A DNA stretch of 63,966 nucleotides, the filler included, from Octopus bimaculoides (lineage: Eukaryota): the NCBI RefSeq assembly GCF_001194135.2. It is 4 parts of 4 records of this genome, joined end to end, with 100 filler letters (N's around TTAATTAATTAA, not from the genome) between each part and the next. Parts side by side here need not be neighbours in the genome. Positions count along the whole stretch, not along the records: positions 1 to 25,536 come from NC_068983.1; 3 more parts are not named here. One strand, 5' to 3'. The translations under genes and the position numbers were made by a program. Under the pieces are notes generated by a model. The model did no database searches, was not told the origin of the DNA, and was given only the letters and a program-made list of their open reading frames with translations. Positions 1 to 11,320 of the stretch are shown one piece after another; position 1 is the stretch's first letter; each line of letters begins with the position of its first letter.

Positions 1-41
<41 letters not shown>

Positions 42-210
42 ATGTATGCATGCGTGCATTCCAGTATGTCCCCTACCTTGTAGCTTCGATATTTGTTTTC
101 ACCGGTTGACACCTTGTACAAGTGTCTTCTTCTATAGCCACAGTCTGACCAATCACATTTCAGTAAAATTTCGCAGCACCACCTTAATGGGGTTTTGGTC
201 ATGATATTGA

Positions 211-409
211 TTTCAAAATTTGGCACAAGGCCAGCAATTTCGGGAGAGAGAAGTAAGTCGATTACATCGACCGCAGTGTTTAACTGGTACTTATTTTTTC
301 GATCCAGAAAAAATGAAAGATAAAATCGACCTCGGCAGAATTTGAGCGCAGAAGGTAAAGACGGACGAAATGGCGCTAAGCATTTTATCCGACGATTCTG
401 CCAGCTCGC
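211..409 (-). mobile_element. tRNA-derived SINE, family B (Nin/Deu-domain-like)
   Basis: Minus strand reads GCGAGCTGGCAGAATCGTC...CTGCGCTCAAATTCTGCCGAGGTCGATTTTATCTTTCATTTTTTCTGGATCG...AAGTACCAG, and the same family recurs at 8655-9195, 35490-35699 and 43225-43410. The central GCCTTTCATCC...GGTCGATAAAATAAGTACCAG motif, clearest in the 35490 copy, resembles the Nin/Deu domain (recalled, not searched). Confidence 0.75.
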
Positions 410-638
410 GGACATTCTTCGGTGATAATAGTAACTATAGTTTTATGATTCTCAAGCCAAGTACTTATTTTATTAAATTTTTGACGATCCGCTAAGTCAT
501 GGGGCATAAACGAATATCACTAGTGTATTTAGTCAGTAGAAACACACACGCGCGCCCCTTGTATTTGAATATAAATATTCTTTAACAAAAATTTTTCATT
601 TAATTTTTCCAAATTTTAATTGTTTTCCATACTTAGAG

Positions 639-673
639 TTGAAAAAGTCTCAATGACTGAAACCGGTATTGAA
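639..673 (+). ncRNA. Degenerate PLE-type hammerhead ribozyme relic
   Basis: TTGAAAA (core, should be CTGANGA), stem II AGTC-tcaat-GACT, GAAA, palindromic stem III ACCGGT, cleavage triplet GTA. Core mutated and stem I not intact. Confidence 0.4.
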
Positions 674-909
674 ATGTTTTTTATAAAATTATTTTAGCAT
701 TTTCTACCTTGACTTTTTTTCGATATATATATCAACTCGTGTGTTCTTTTTCAATCTTCTACATATATATATATATACGGGTTTAATTCAGATAAAAATA
801 AGAATTGTTGAAGCTGAAGCATATATTGATATATTAGAGATATAAAAATATTAATACTAAAAATATACATGGACATATAAATATATGGATATATAAACAC
901 AATAATAAT

Positions 910-1166
910 GGAATATAGATAAAAACGTTTTTTATGCACATTCTACATCTGCCCGTAATCGTATTGTATGGTGGGGCTTCATCTATATTAGACGAAAATA
1001 ATGTGTAATTAATATTCGGTAATTTTAAGTCGTGTGTATATCTAAGTAGCGCCGATAAGTTTATATAATTTAATTTATCGAAAGAATTTAAATGTGTTTT
1101 ATATCGTCTCTTAAAGTCTATAGTGCTTCCGGTGTATACTGTAGCTTGATGTTTGTCGTTTGCCAC
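910..1166 (-). pseudogene. Penelope-like element GIY-YIG endonuclease fragment
   Basis: ORF 834..1166 contains VYTGST-IDFKRRYKTHLNSF, then APPYNTITGRCRMC. These match the YIG motif, the R..H helix and the C-terminal CxxC typical of PLE endonucleases. No RT seen. Confidence 0.75.
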
Positions 1167-1750
1167 ACTGCATTTATCGATTACGTTTTAACGTACCTAT
1201 CTAGAACATCTACTTAGCTTTTGCCTATTTCTAAATCTGGTCTTCCTGAGAAAATGTTTATCATAAATTACAAAGATTTATTTGGAACATTAAAATAATC
1301 TTAATTTAACATTTGAAAAGAAAATTATCTCAAAACCTTTGTATATATTTATCTAATCTTCTTTAGTCTCCACACAATTGAAATTATCGCAGTGTACATC
1401 TTAAACAGAAATAATTGTTTGTTTTTTTTGGGTTTTTTTTGTCTGCTGAACTGTTTTCACTCAAATACGTAAACTAACAAAGTAATAATGATGAAACAGC
1501 CGAACTTGTTACTTGAGTGTCTTCTCTCGCCTTTTAATAATACATAGTTGTGTTGCGGAAACATTTACTGAAACTTCCTTGATTGGAAATAGATTCTGTC
1601 ATTTCTTACCAACACTCCGTTCGTTTTTACATTTATTTCATGCAAACTGTTTGCAATTAAAACGAATTTGAATATATTTCATACATGACATTGGAATTAC
1701 CTTTAGATATATCTTCACTTCTATATTCTATGTCATTTTCGCAGGGTAGT

Positions 1751-2142
1751 TACTCTTTTACTTGTTTCAGTCATTTGACTATGGCCATGCTGGAGCACCG
1801 CTTTAGTGGAGCAAATCGACCCCAGGACTTATTCTTTGTAAGCCTAGTACTTATTCTATCGCTCTCTTTGCCGAACCGCAAAGTTACGGGGACATAAACA
1901 CACCAGCATCAGTTGTCAAGCGATGTTGGGGGGACAAATGCAGACACACAAACATATACACATGTACATATATATACATATATACGACGGGCTGCTTTCA
2001 GTTTCCGTCTACCAAATCCACTCACAAGGATTTGGTCGGCCCGAGGCTATAGTAGAAGACACTTACCCAAGGTGCCACGCAGTGGGACTGAACCCGGAAC
2101 AATGTGGTTGGTAAGCAAGCTACTTACCACACTCCTACGCCT
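1751..2142 (-). mobile_element. tRNA-derived SINE, family A (full length; most abundant repeat in the window)
   Basis: Minus strand: head with GTGGTAAG and B-box-like GGTTCAGTCC, then GGCACCTTGGGTAAGTGTC (CORE-like), an internal (TA/CA)n tract, and a 3' tail GCGGTGCTCCAGCATGGCCATAGTCAAATGACTGAAAC. More than 20 full or partial copies occur in the window. Confidence 0.9.
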
Positions 2143-2890
2143 ATTGGTAATTTTTTTTTTTTTTTTTAGAATTTTTAGTGAAGCCACAAATGCGAACTCC
2201 AGTTAATTAAGAGAATTAAACTATATCTTCATAGATAGCCTATTGATGATTACTGGTAATTTCGGTCAAATCTCTAGGCTTTCGTTTGAAATCGTTAACT
2301 TGATCATAAAATCAGAATACAAATGCGACAGAATAATCTCACTATACGTAACATTGGTGTGTATCGATTTCGTTTTACATTAAACGGACAGTCCTGGCTC
2401 TGAAAAATATTTTAAACAAAGCGTAACCGTACAACTGGAATATCGTATAAAATCCGGGTAAATCCTTTTTCTCTATTTTTTTTATTGAATAGAATAACAT
2501 TTTAAAATCTAGTTTTAACATAAAAAGTAATCAATGTTTTGCTGATTTTAATTAGTAGTAATTTGCTAATCAATTTTCAGTGTTTGAAATCGGTTACAAA
2601 ATTCTAAAATTAGCTTCGTATTTCCTGAATATTTATAAAGAAACTGACATTAGCAACTGCACTTCATTTTTATGATCTTTATGTATTTGAATGGAATCAA
2701 CATTTTTTTCAGTTTGCTAATTGTGTAAACAAAAAACCGTAGTTAAACGTGTAGATTAGATATACCCAATTGCCACTTTATATTTATTACTACAATGAAG
2801 AAAATGTATTAAATATTACGACTCTTCTCTACGGAAGAAAAGTTGGCAGTTTAAACCACAGTTGACTGCCAATTGTACAAGCAAACTTTT

Positions 2891-2970
2891 GGCCTTGGTC
2901 AAAAGTATTAGGCCACCAAAATGTTTTGGGGGTTCTGCTATCTCAATGTTAATACTTTTGGCCAAGACTG
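2891..2970. mobile_element. Tiny Tc1-like TIR remnant
   Basis: GGCCTTGGTCAAAAGTATT ... AATACTTTTGGCCAAGACTG followed by TA: imperfect inverted ends resembling Tc1 CAGT..GGCCAAAAGTATT termini. Confidence 0.45.
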
Positions 2971-2990
2971 TATATCTATCTATATATCTA

Positions 2991-3047
<57 letters not shown>

Positions 3048-4295
3048 NNNNNNNNNNNNNNNNNNNNNNNNNNNNNNNNNNNNNNNNNNNNNNNNNNNNN
3101 NNNNNNNNNNNNNNNNNNNNNNNNNNNNNNNNNNNNNNNNNNNNNNNNNNNNNNNNNNNNNNNNNNNNNNNNNNNNNNNNNNNNNNNNNNNNNNNNNNNN
3201 NNNNNNNNNNNNNNNNNNNNNNNNNNNNNNNNNNNNNNNNNNNNNNNNNNNNNNNNNNNNNNNNNNNNNNNNNNNNNNNNNNNNNNNNNNNNNNNNNNNN
3301 NNNNNNNNNNNNNNNNNNNNNNNNNNNNNNNNNNNNNNNNNNNNNNNNNNNNNNNNNNNNNNNNNNNNNNNNNNNNNNNNNNNNNNNNNNNNNNNNNNNN
3401 NNNNNNNNNNNNNNNNNNNNNNNNNNNNNNNNNNNNNNNNNNNNNNNNNNNNNNNNNNNNNNNNNNNNNNNNNNNNNNNNNNNNNNNNNNNNNNNNNNNN
3501 NNNNNNNNNNNNNNNNNNNNNNNNNNNNNNNNNNNNNNNNNNNNNNNNNNNNNNNNNNNNNNNNNNNNNNNNNNNNNNNNNNNNNNNNNNNNNNNNNNNN
3601 NNNNNNNNNNNNNNNNNNNNNNNNNNNNNNNNNNNNNNNNTATATATACATACATGCATGCATATATAGATATATACGCGTATATACACACACATTTATG
3701 CACACAAACACTTAATATTTTTACCTTTCTCTCTCTCTTTCTCCTCTCTCTCTCTCTTCCTCTCTTTCTTCCTCTCTCTCTTCCTCTTCTTCTTCCTCTT
3801 CATGCCTCCCACTATCTCGCCCCCTTTTTCTGCCGATAGTTCGTCGCTTGCTGCTTGCTACCTTTTTTTTTTCTTTCCTTTTCCCATTTTTGTTTTCGCT
3901 TTCTTTAGAGGTAAAAAAATGCAATGCACACGCAGCATGCTGTGTGCACATTGACTTGCAACTTAAATTGGCAGCAGTATTAACAGTAACATAAGCAGCA
4001 AGCAGCGAATGTTAGCGGAGGGCGGTGATGTTGTTGGCGGCGGAGGTGGCGGCAGCGGTGGCGGCGGCGGTGTTTGGGATCTCGTCTGCGATGACAATAG
4101 AATGGGATGGCCAAAACAACAGCGACATTAACAACACTAACAACAACATCATACATATTATGTTGGAGTCTTAAAACAACAAAAAACCCTCGTGGATGTC
4201 ACCGATATCTGAGAATGTCATCGCCAGAAGAAAGAAGGAAAAGAGCAACAATTCCCAGTCACATTTATGCATGAAATATAAGATTTCTCCGATTC

Positions 4296-4366
4296 TATTA
4301 TCATCATCATCATCATCATCATCATTATTATCATTATTATTATTATTATTACTACTATTATTATTA

Positions 4367-4427
<61 letters not shown>

Positions 4428-4545
4428 TATTATTATTATTGTTGTTGTTGTTGTTGTTGTTATTATCATTATTATTATTACTACTACCACTACTATTATT
4501 ATTATTACTATCCTCATCATCATTATTATTGTTATTATTATTATT
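4296..4545. repeat. Compound (ATC)n/(ATT)n/(GTT)n microsatellite
   Basis: Direct reading. It explains the poly-Leu and poly-Ile ORFs. It is representative of dozens of CA, TA, TACA, TATC, AAT and CAT tracts, many of which abut N gaps. Confidence 0.95.
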
Positions 4546-4751
4546 GTCTTAGAGTCGAAAATTATCGAAATAGAAAAAAAACTTCATCATTACACTAAAC
4601 TTTTGAATGGTTAGTGTGTGTATGTGTGCGTGTGTGTGTGTGTGTGCATAGGCACATACACACATGCACACACGCACACATATATATGTACATACATACA
4701 TACATACATACAGTGCGATCCTATAATACATATGACAATACATGTAAATTT

Positions 4752-4790
4752 CCGATGATGGCTTAGCGGGCTGAAACTTCGAAGTCACTA
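4752..4790 (+). ncRNA. Degenerate PLE-type hammerhead ribozyme (family shared with 47359-47396)
   Basis: CCGATGA-TGGCTTAGCGGGCT-GAAA-CTTCGAA-GTC-ACTA. Stem III is the perfect palindrome ACTTCGAAGT. Core has U4C and stem I is not paired. Confidence 0.55.
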
Positions 4791-4875
4791 TCTATACTGA
4801 GTATTCAGAAAGTCCTCAGCTTAATGAAAAATTGTTGTTATTATAACTTATCATTAAAAAAACATTAATATATAC

Positions 4876-5335
4876 ATTGTTATATATTTTGGGACGGTCA
4901 TTTTTTTTTGCCAAATAAACACACGCACTCTGTAATCGCACTTCACTTCAGCTTTATAATTGCTCATACCTTAATGTCTTTTCTTAACAACGCACATAGA
5001 CACGAACGTGTACACACACACACACACACACACAGATACAAACACATGCGCGGTTAAGGAAACACATCATAGAAAGACAGAATGGACTAAACAGAACAGG
5101 GGGTGACACGTGGGATGGAGAGTCGCTGAAGAGGTCACAAGATGTGTGACGAAAAATTTCTGGACAAAGGACACTAAAATAAGAGCAATAATAATAAAGA
5201 AGTGAAGAAGGAATATACAGTGCGTATGTTTAATTGGCAAAAGATGACCGTCCCGAAATAGAACAATATCTGCTTCAACACACGATTTCACATCAGGAGT
5301 CTTACAAAACAAAATAAACAACGTAACTTTAATAT
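4876..5335. mobile_element. Old PLE-like pseudo-LTR with inverted partial copy
   Basis: 4876-4979 is a diverged reverse complement of 5168-5267 (e.g. GGGACGGTCAT..TTTGCCAA.TAAACA.ACGCACT versus AGTGCGTATGTTTAATTGGCAAAAGATGACCGTCCC). A hammerhead motif lies just 5' of the right arm. Confidence 0.55.
5122..5165 (+). ncRNA. PLE-type minimal hammerhead ribozyme
   Basis: CTGAAGA-G, stem II GTCAC-aagatgt-GTGAC, GAAA, palindromic AAATTT, triplet TTC, then TGGAC pairing imperfectly with upstream GTCG. Confidence 0.6.
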
Positions 5336-5368
5336 ATATATATATATATATATACATACATACATACA

Positions 5369-5399
<31 letters not shown>

Positions 5400-6397
5400 T
5401 GTTTAATTCTTTTATTTGTTTCAGTCATTTGACTGTGGCCAAGCTGGAGCACCGCCTTTAGTGGAACAAATCGACTCCAGGAGTCATTCTTTGTAAGCCT
5501 AGTACTTATTCTATCGGCCTCTTTTGTTGAACCGGGGACGTTACGGGGACGTTAACACGCCAACATCGGTTGTCAAGCGATGGTGGGAGAACAAACACAA
5601 ACACACAAACATATATATGTGTGTGCGTGTGTGTGTGTATGTATGTATGTATGTATGTATGTATGTATGTGTGTAGCAGAAGACACTTGTTTAAGTGGAA
5701 TTAAACCCTGTGATTGGGAAGCCTATAAAGATTTATTTCTTTTTCTTATTCTTTTTTTGATTTCCACTGTTAGTTCTTAAACGATTAAATTTCTGAGTTT
5801 GTTTTTTTTTTCTTTCTTTTTTTCTTTTCAAGATGCAACAGCAAATCCGGCCACCTTAATCCGGCTTCAAGCTGATATAATAGAGAGATTAAACAGACGT
5901 TAATCTGCGAACCTTCAACTCTGCAGCTTTATTAGTCAAAGGTCTTGTTTCTCCTTGAGATCCTTAATTTCTTGTCCCCCACACATCTCTGCTGGGGGGA
6001 GAACTTCTCATGGCCCCTGGACAAATGTAGAAGATAACTCTAAAAATCGTAGGTGCGGCTCTATGCATAGGGGTAAGCATGTCTGTGTGATAAGAAGCTC
6101 GCTTCCCAACCACATGGTTCTGGGTTCAGTCCCACTGCGTGACACCTTGGGGAGCAAGTGTCTTCTACTATAGCCACGGTCCGACCAAAGCCTTGTAAGT
6201 GGATTTGGTAGACGGAAACTGAAAGAAGCCCGTCGTATATATATATATGCGTGTGTGTGTGTGTGTGTGTGTGTGAATGTGTATCATGTATTGAGTGCGT
6301 TTGTATGTAGTCTTTGAGTATGTGTTTCTTTTTCTTTATTTTTTCTTGTTTTTATGTGTCTATTTTTATTTAACTATTTATTTCAACTTTTGTTTAC

Positions 6398-6499
6398 TCA
6401 GTGAGCTCCTTGTCTCAGTGTGTCCCTTACGTCAGTGTGTCCCTTACATCAGTGAATCCCTTATCACAGTAATTCCCTTATCTCAGTGAGTCCCTTGCC
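6398..6499 (+). repeat. 17-bp minisatellite, six units
   Basis: Units: TCAGTGAGCTCCTTGTC, TCAGTGTGTCCCTTACG, TCAGTGTGTCCCTTACA, TCAGTGAATCCCTTATC, ACAGTAATTCCCTTATC, TCAGTGAGTCCCTTGCC. Confidence 0.9.
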
Positions 6500-7471
6500 T
6501 TCAGATGTAAAAGCCAGGGCCTTACTCATCTCTTGAGTGCCTGTGATATTTTGGATTTCTGATATTAAATTTATCGATTAAACCGAGAGGCTGGGCATCA
6601 AATATCCGAAACAATGTCACAGAAAGATCCAGGGACCATACCCTCACACAGAGCCGGATTAAGACCCATGTAGGGACACACAAAATAACTGAAACAAATA
6701 AAAGAAAAAGAAAGAATATATATATATATATGTATATACGACGGGCTTCTTTCAGTTTCCGTCTACCAAATCCACTCACAAGGCTTTGGTCGGCCTGAGG
6801 CTTTAATGGAAGACACTTGCTCAAGGTGCCACGTAGCGGGACTGAACCTAGAACTGTGTGGTTGGTATGCAAGATACTTACCACACAGCCACCCCTGCGC
6901 TTTACAACATGTCTATGTCGTCAGAGATTTTCTCTCAGACAAAAAGCACAGCATCATGCCTTTCAAATAGATTTATCAAAATGGTCGGCACGAAATATCG
7001 GGGTGCTCAGGATTCGAAACCTGAGTCCCCGTATCCACAAAACACAACACCAGATGACCAGCAATACCAGTTACCGCCGCCTTCGTTTGTTTTTGCCGGG
7101 TTGCGGCACGTGCCTCAAATATTCTTCCTGACATCGCCCAATCTGTGACTCTCATTTTACTAATTCGATTTTACAACCCTTCTGTCCATAGACCTAACCC
7201 CCACCCCACCCCATTCTCGGGGAGCCACAATCCTTGCCCCCCTGCTCCTCCTCCCCTCCTCTTTTCTCTCTGTATGTCTGTCTGCTTGTTTTATATTTGT
7301 TGTTTGTGTTTATTAGTTATTTTGCTTTGATTCTCTTCTCCGCCCCCTCCAAACCATTTCCACCAAGAATATTACAAACCTTCTTTTCTTCTTCTTTCAC
7401 TTTCACGTCTCTTTCTTTGTCTCTTTCTTTCTTTCTTTCTCTCCCTATCTCTTTATGATTCTCTCACCCTC

Positions 7472-7502
<31 letters not shown>

Positions 7503-8161
7503 NNNNNNNNNNNNNNNNNNNNNNNNNNNNNNNNNNNNNNNNNNNNNNNNNNNNNNNNNNNNNNNNNNNNNNNNNNNNNNNNNNNNNNNNNNNNNNNNNN
7601 NNNNNNNNNNNNNNNNNNNNNNNNNNNNNNNNNNNNNNNNNNNNNNNNNNNNNNNNNNNNNNNNNNNNNNNNNNNNNNNNNNNNNNNNNNNNNNNNNNNN
7701 NNNNNNNNNNNNNNNNNNNNNNNNNNNNNNNNNNNNNNNNNNNNNNNNNNNNNNNNNNNNNNNNNNNNNNNNNNNNNNNNNNNNNNNNNNNNNNNNNNNN
7801 NNNNNNNNNNNNNNNNNNNNNNNNNNNNNNNNNNNNNNNNNNNNNNNNNNNNNNNNNNNNNNNNNNNNNNNNNNNNNNNNNNNNNNNNNNNNNNNNNNNN
7901 NNNNNNNNNNNNNNNNNNNNNNNNNNNNNNNNNNNNNNNNNNNNNNNNNNNNNNNNNNNNNNNNNNNNNNNNNNNNNNNNNNNNNNNNNNNNNNNNNNNN
8001 NNNNNNNNNNNNNNNNNNNNNNNNNNNNNNNATTTCAGAGTTTATCATCGTTAGGTAGGGTGGCGGGGAGAGGGGGGAGGGAGGGGGAGTGATGTGCCTC
8101 CACACATCTGCCTAGAAATTCCTCATCATTCATCGTTGAAATAAATTAACTATAATGGAGC

Positions 8162-8200
<39 letters not shown>

Positions 8201-8201
8201 C

Positions 8202-8612
8202 AGCAGCAGCGTCAGTTGTAGAGACTTCCGAAACCACAAAATCACGGCCGCCCTGATCACGAGGGCCAATCCCATTTGCACATCCTTTTCTCTCAATCTA
8301 TAGAAGGGGCCTTTTTGAGTGGATGAGGACTCGGCCATAAAGAGCGAAGTTGTCCGTCTTCAGCCGTTTCAATCTGGTTCTCCGCACAACTTCATTCACT
8401 AAGGCCGCCGGACGCATAAATACTTCCTGGCCTTCCCCTACCGAAAGTAAGGGGACAGGAGTTTACTGTATTCGCAGCCGTAAAACCGGGTCCGTCCTAC
8501 ACGTGACAGCAGGTGCTCAACATAAACGTACTGGTCAACAATGCTTGCGCTGAGAGTAAGTGCGTCCAGGACGGCTTCGTGGCCCTGCGCGCCTCACGGA
8601 CAGACGCAGCTG
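8202..8612 (-). pseudogene. L1/Tx1-clade LINE ORF2 C-terminal fragment (decayed)
   Basis: Minus-strand translation with stops and frameshifts gives CVCP*GAQGHEAVLDALTLSASIVDQYVYVEHLLSRVG, then GEGQEVF..AALVNEVVRRTRLKRLKTDNF. This resembles the zinc-knuckle and downstream region of Tx1-type ORF2 (recognised from memory). Confidence 0.65.
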
Positions 8613-8654
8613 ATTATAATAATATTAATAATAATAATAATCCTTTTTACAATA

Positions 8655-9195
8655 GACACAAGGCCTGGATTTTTGTGGGGAAGGGGCAATTGATCATATT
8701 GATCCCAGTACTTGATCCCGAAATGATAAAAGGCAAAGTCGACCTCGGCGGAATTTGAACTCAGAAGTAGTAAAGAGCCGGAAGAAATGACGCTAAACAT
8801 TTTGTCCGGTGAGGTAATGATTCTGCAAGTTCGCCGCTTTAATAGGTTTCAAATTTTGGCACAAGGCCAGTAATTTCGGGGAAGGGAGTTTTGTCGATTG
8901 CATCGACCCCAGTGCACAACTGGTACTTTGTTTATCGACCCCCGAAAGGCTGAAAGGCAAAGTCGACCTCGGCGGAATTTGAGCTCAGAACGTAAAGACC
9001 GACGAAATGCTGCTAAGCCTTTTGCTCCGCATGCAACGATTCTGCCAGCTCGACGCCATAATAATAATAATAATAATAGTTTCAAATTTTGGCACAAGGC
9101 CAGCAATTTCAGGGGAGGGGTAGGTCGATTACATCGACTCCATTTGTTCAGCTTGTACTTGCTTTATTGATCCCGAAAGAATGGAAAGCATGAGG
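8655..9195 (-). mobile_element. Three head-to-tail family-B SINE copies
   Basis: About 8655-8838, 8848-9055 and 9080-9195 each repeat CACAAGGCC...ACTGGTACTT or GATCCC...AAAGGCAAAGTCGACCTCGGCGGAATTTGA. The third lacks its head. Confidence 0.85.
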
Positions 9196-10296
9196 ATAAT
9201 GATGATGATAATGTTGATGGTGGTGGTGGTGGTGGTAGTGGTGGNNNNNNNNNNNNNNNNNNNNNNNNNNNNNNNNNNNNNNNNNNNNNNNNNNNNNNNN
9301 NNNNNNNNNNNNNNNNNNNNNNNNNNNNNNNNNNNNNNNNNNNNNNNNNNNNNNNNNNNNNNNNNNNNNNNNNNNNNNNNNNNNNNNNNNNNNNNNNNNN
9401 NNNNNNNNNNNNNNNNNNNNNNNNNNNNNNNNNNNNNNNNNNNNNNNNNNNNNNNNNNNNNNNNNNNNNNNNNNNNNNNNNNNNNNNNNNNNNNNNNNNN
9501 NNNNNNNNNNNNNNNNNNNNNNNNNNNNNNNNNNNNNNNNNNNNNNNNNNNNNNNNNNNNNNNNNNNNNNNNNNNNNNNNNNNNNNNNNNNNNNNNNNNN
9601 NNNNNNNNNNNNNNNNNNNNNNNNNNNNNNNNNNNNNNNNNNNNNNNNNNNNNNNNNNNNNNNNNNNNNCTACAAAATTAGAAGTTGTTCATAATGAAAA
9701 CAACATCAAAAACAGCAAATAACAAACAACCACCTCGACAAGAGAACACCGACATTATGACCATCATCATCATCATCATCATCATCACCGAAACTGAGAC
9801 CACTAGCGCCACCACCACCATCACCAACACCAACAACAGCATCACCATCACCACCATCACCAGTACCATCATCATCGACATTATTAACACCGCCAACCAC
9901 TGCCACCACCACCACCACCACCGCCATCATCATCATCATCATCATCACTTTTACGATTATCTTTATTAGTACTATTGTTAACATTTACGTTGTTGATGTT
10001 GTTGGTGTTGTTGTTGTTGTCAGAAAGTAGTGAAAGGGCCACGTTTAGGTTGTCGTTCGCGTCCCTTCGACCGTCAACACACGTGCCAGGCAGGCGCGCA
10101 CCCATCTGCCTCGATCCAACGCAACTTTTTCTCCGTGTTCGGCAAAAGAATTCTTCATTGCATCGCCTTATTAGCCACACCACCACCACCACCACCACCA
10201 CCACCACCATTATCATCATCATCATCATCATCATCATCACAGTATCTCTTCATGACATCACCGCTGAAAATATCCATATCCTTCATTTAAACCAAG

Positions 10297-10356
<60 letters not shown>

Positions 10357-10968
10357 TAATAATAATAATGATAATAATAATAAATAGGCGACAAGAAGCG
10401 GATAATGTAAGATCTTCCGAGCGAAGGAAAGCGGCGAGGTTGGGAGGTTTTAAGTGGCGTGAATTAAATTCATCGGGGACCGATGATTTTTCATATCGAA
10501 CAATCAAGGAGATTTGTAAATAACTACAGCAGCAACAACAACAACAACAACAACAATAGAAGCAGGAAAATGGTTGCTTTGTTCCAGTGTCTTTACTCTA
10601 AAGACGAAATAATTTGCAATACTAAATCTTCCGAGCTAAACCAATTTTTCCTTGGAGCGAATGGCATCTACAAAGACTGTTCGCTGAATTGATCCGGTTA
10701 CCTCGTTAATTAATTAAATTAAAACAATTTTTACTTATTATCATTAATTCATAATTAAAATACTTAATTAGACGTGAACTGGGATCCCAATCTCATAGAT
10801 GTTCTATAATACTAAAGAAGGCACCGTGGAGCTGTTTTTATGTGGACGAGTTAATAAATATTAATGTTAGCAGACAGTGAAGATGGTTAAAACCTTTACT
10901 AACGTTCATGGTTATACATTTACGGGTTTAAATGTCCATTGACTGTAAATTTATATTAAAATATTAAT

Positions 10969-11320
10969 AGGTGTAGGCGTCGCTGTGTGGTAAGAAGTTT
11001 GCTTCCCAACCACATGGTCCCGGGTTCAGTTTCACTGTATGGCACCTTGGGCAAGTGTCTTCTGCTATAACTGCGGACTGACCAAAACCTTGTGAGTGGA
11101 TTTGGCAGACGGAAACTGAATGAAGCCCGTTGTACATATGCATATATCTGCGTGTGTTTGTCCCCTACCACCGCTTGACAACTACTGTTGGTTTGTTTAC
11201 GTCCCGATAGAATAAGTTTTAGACTTCGAGCAAAACAAAAGCACTGGAGTCGATTTATTCGACTAAAAATTAAAGGCAGTGTCCCAGCATGGCCGCAGTC
11301 CAGTGACTAAAACAAATAAA
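10969..11320 (+). mobile_element. Family-A SINE (full length, plus orientation)
   Basis: GCTGTGTGGTAAGAAGTTTGCTTCCCAACCACATGGTCCCGGGTTCAG head through the CCAGCATGGCCGCAGTCCAGTGACTAAAAC tail. Confidence 0.88.

Noticed and set aside
2862-3839. Long ORFs of 150-325 aa spanning N runs (also at 7.5, 13, 15, 18, 19, 22, 28.5 and 53 kb)
   Set aside because: They are open only because Ns translate as X; the flanks are microsatellites.
3998-4130. Short Gly-rich ORF MLAEGGDVVGGGGG...
   Set aside because: Only 40 codons, driven by a GGC repeat.
6398-6499. CRISPR-like array
   Set aside because: Contiguous units with no spacers, in a eukaryotic context with no cas genes.
6540-6620. Possible hammerhead (GGAT...ATCC-GAAAC-AAT-GTC-ACAG)
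   Set aside because: No recognisable CUGANGA core and stem III is not palindromic, so it is not counted.
9670-10530. Poly-His/Thr/Asp/Gly/Asn ORFs on both strands
   Set aside because: Built from CAT/CAC/AAT tracts. The other frames have stops, and I found no consistent splice sites or recognisable domain.
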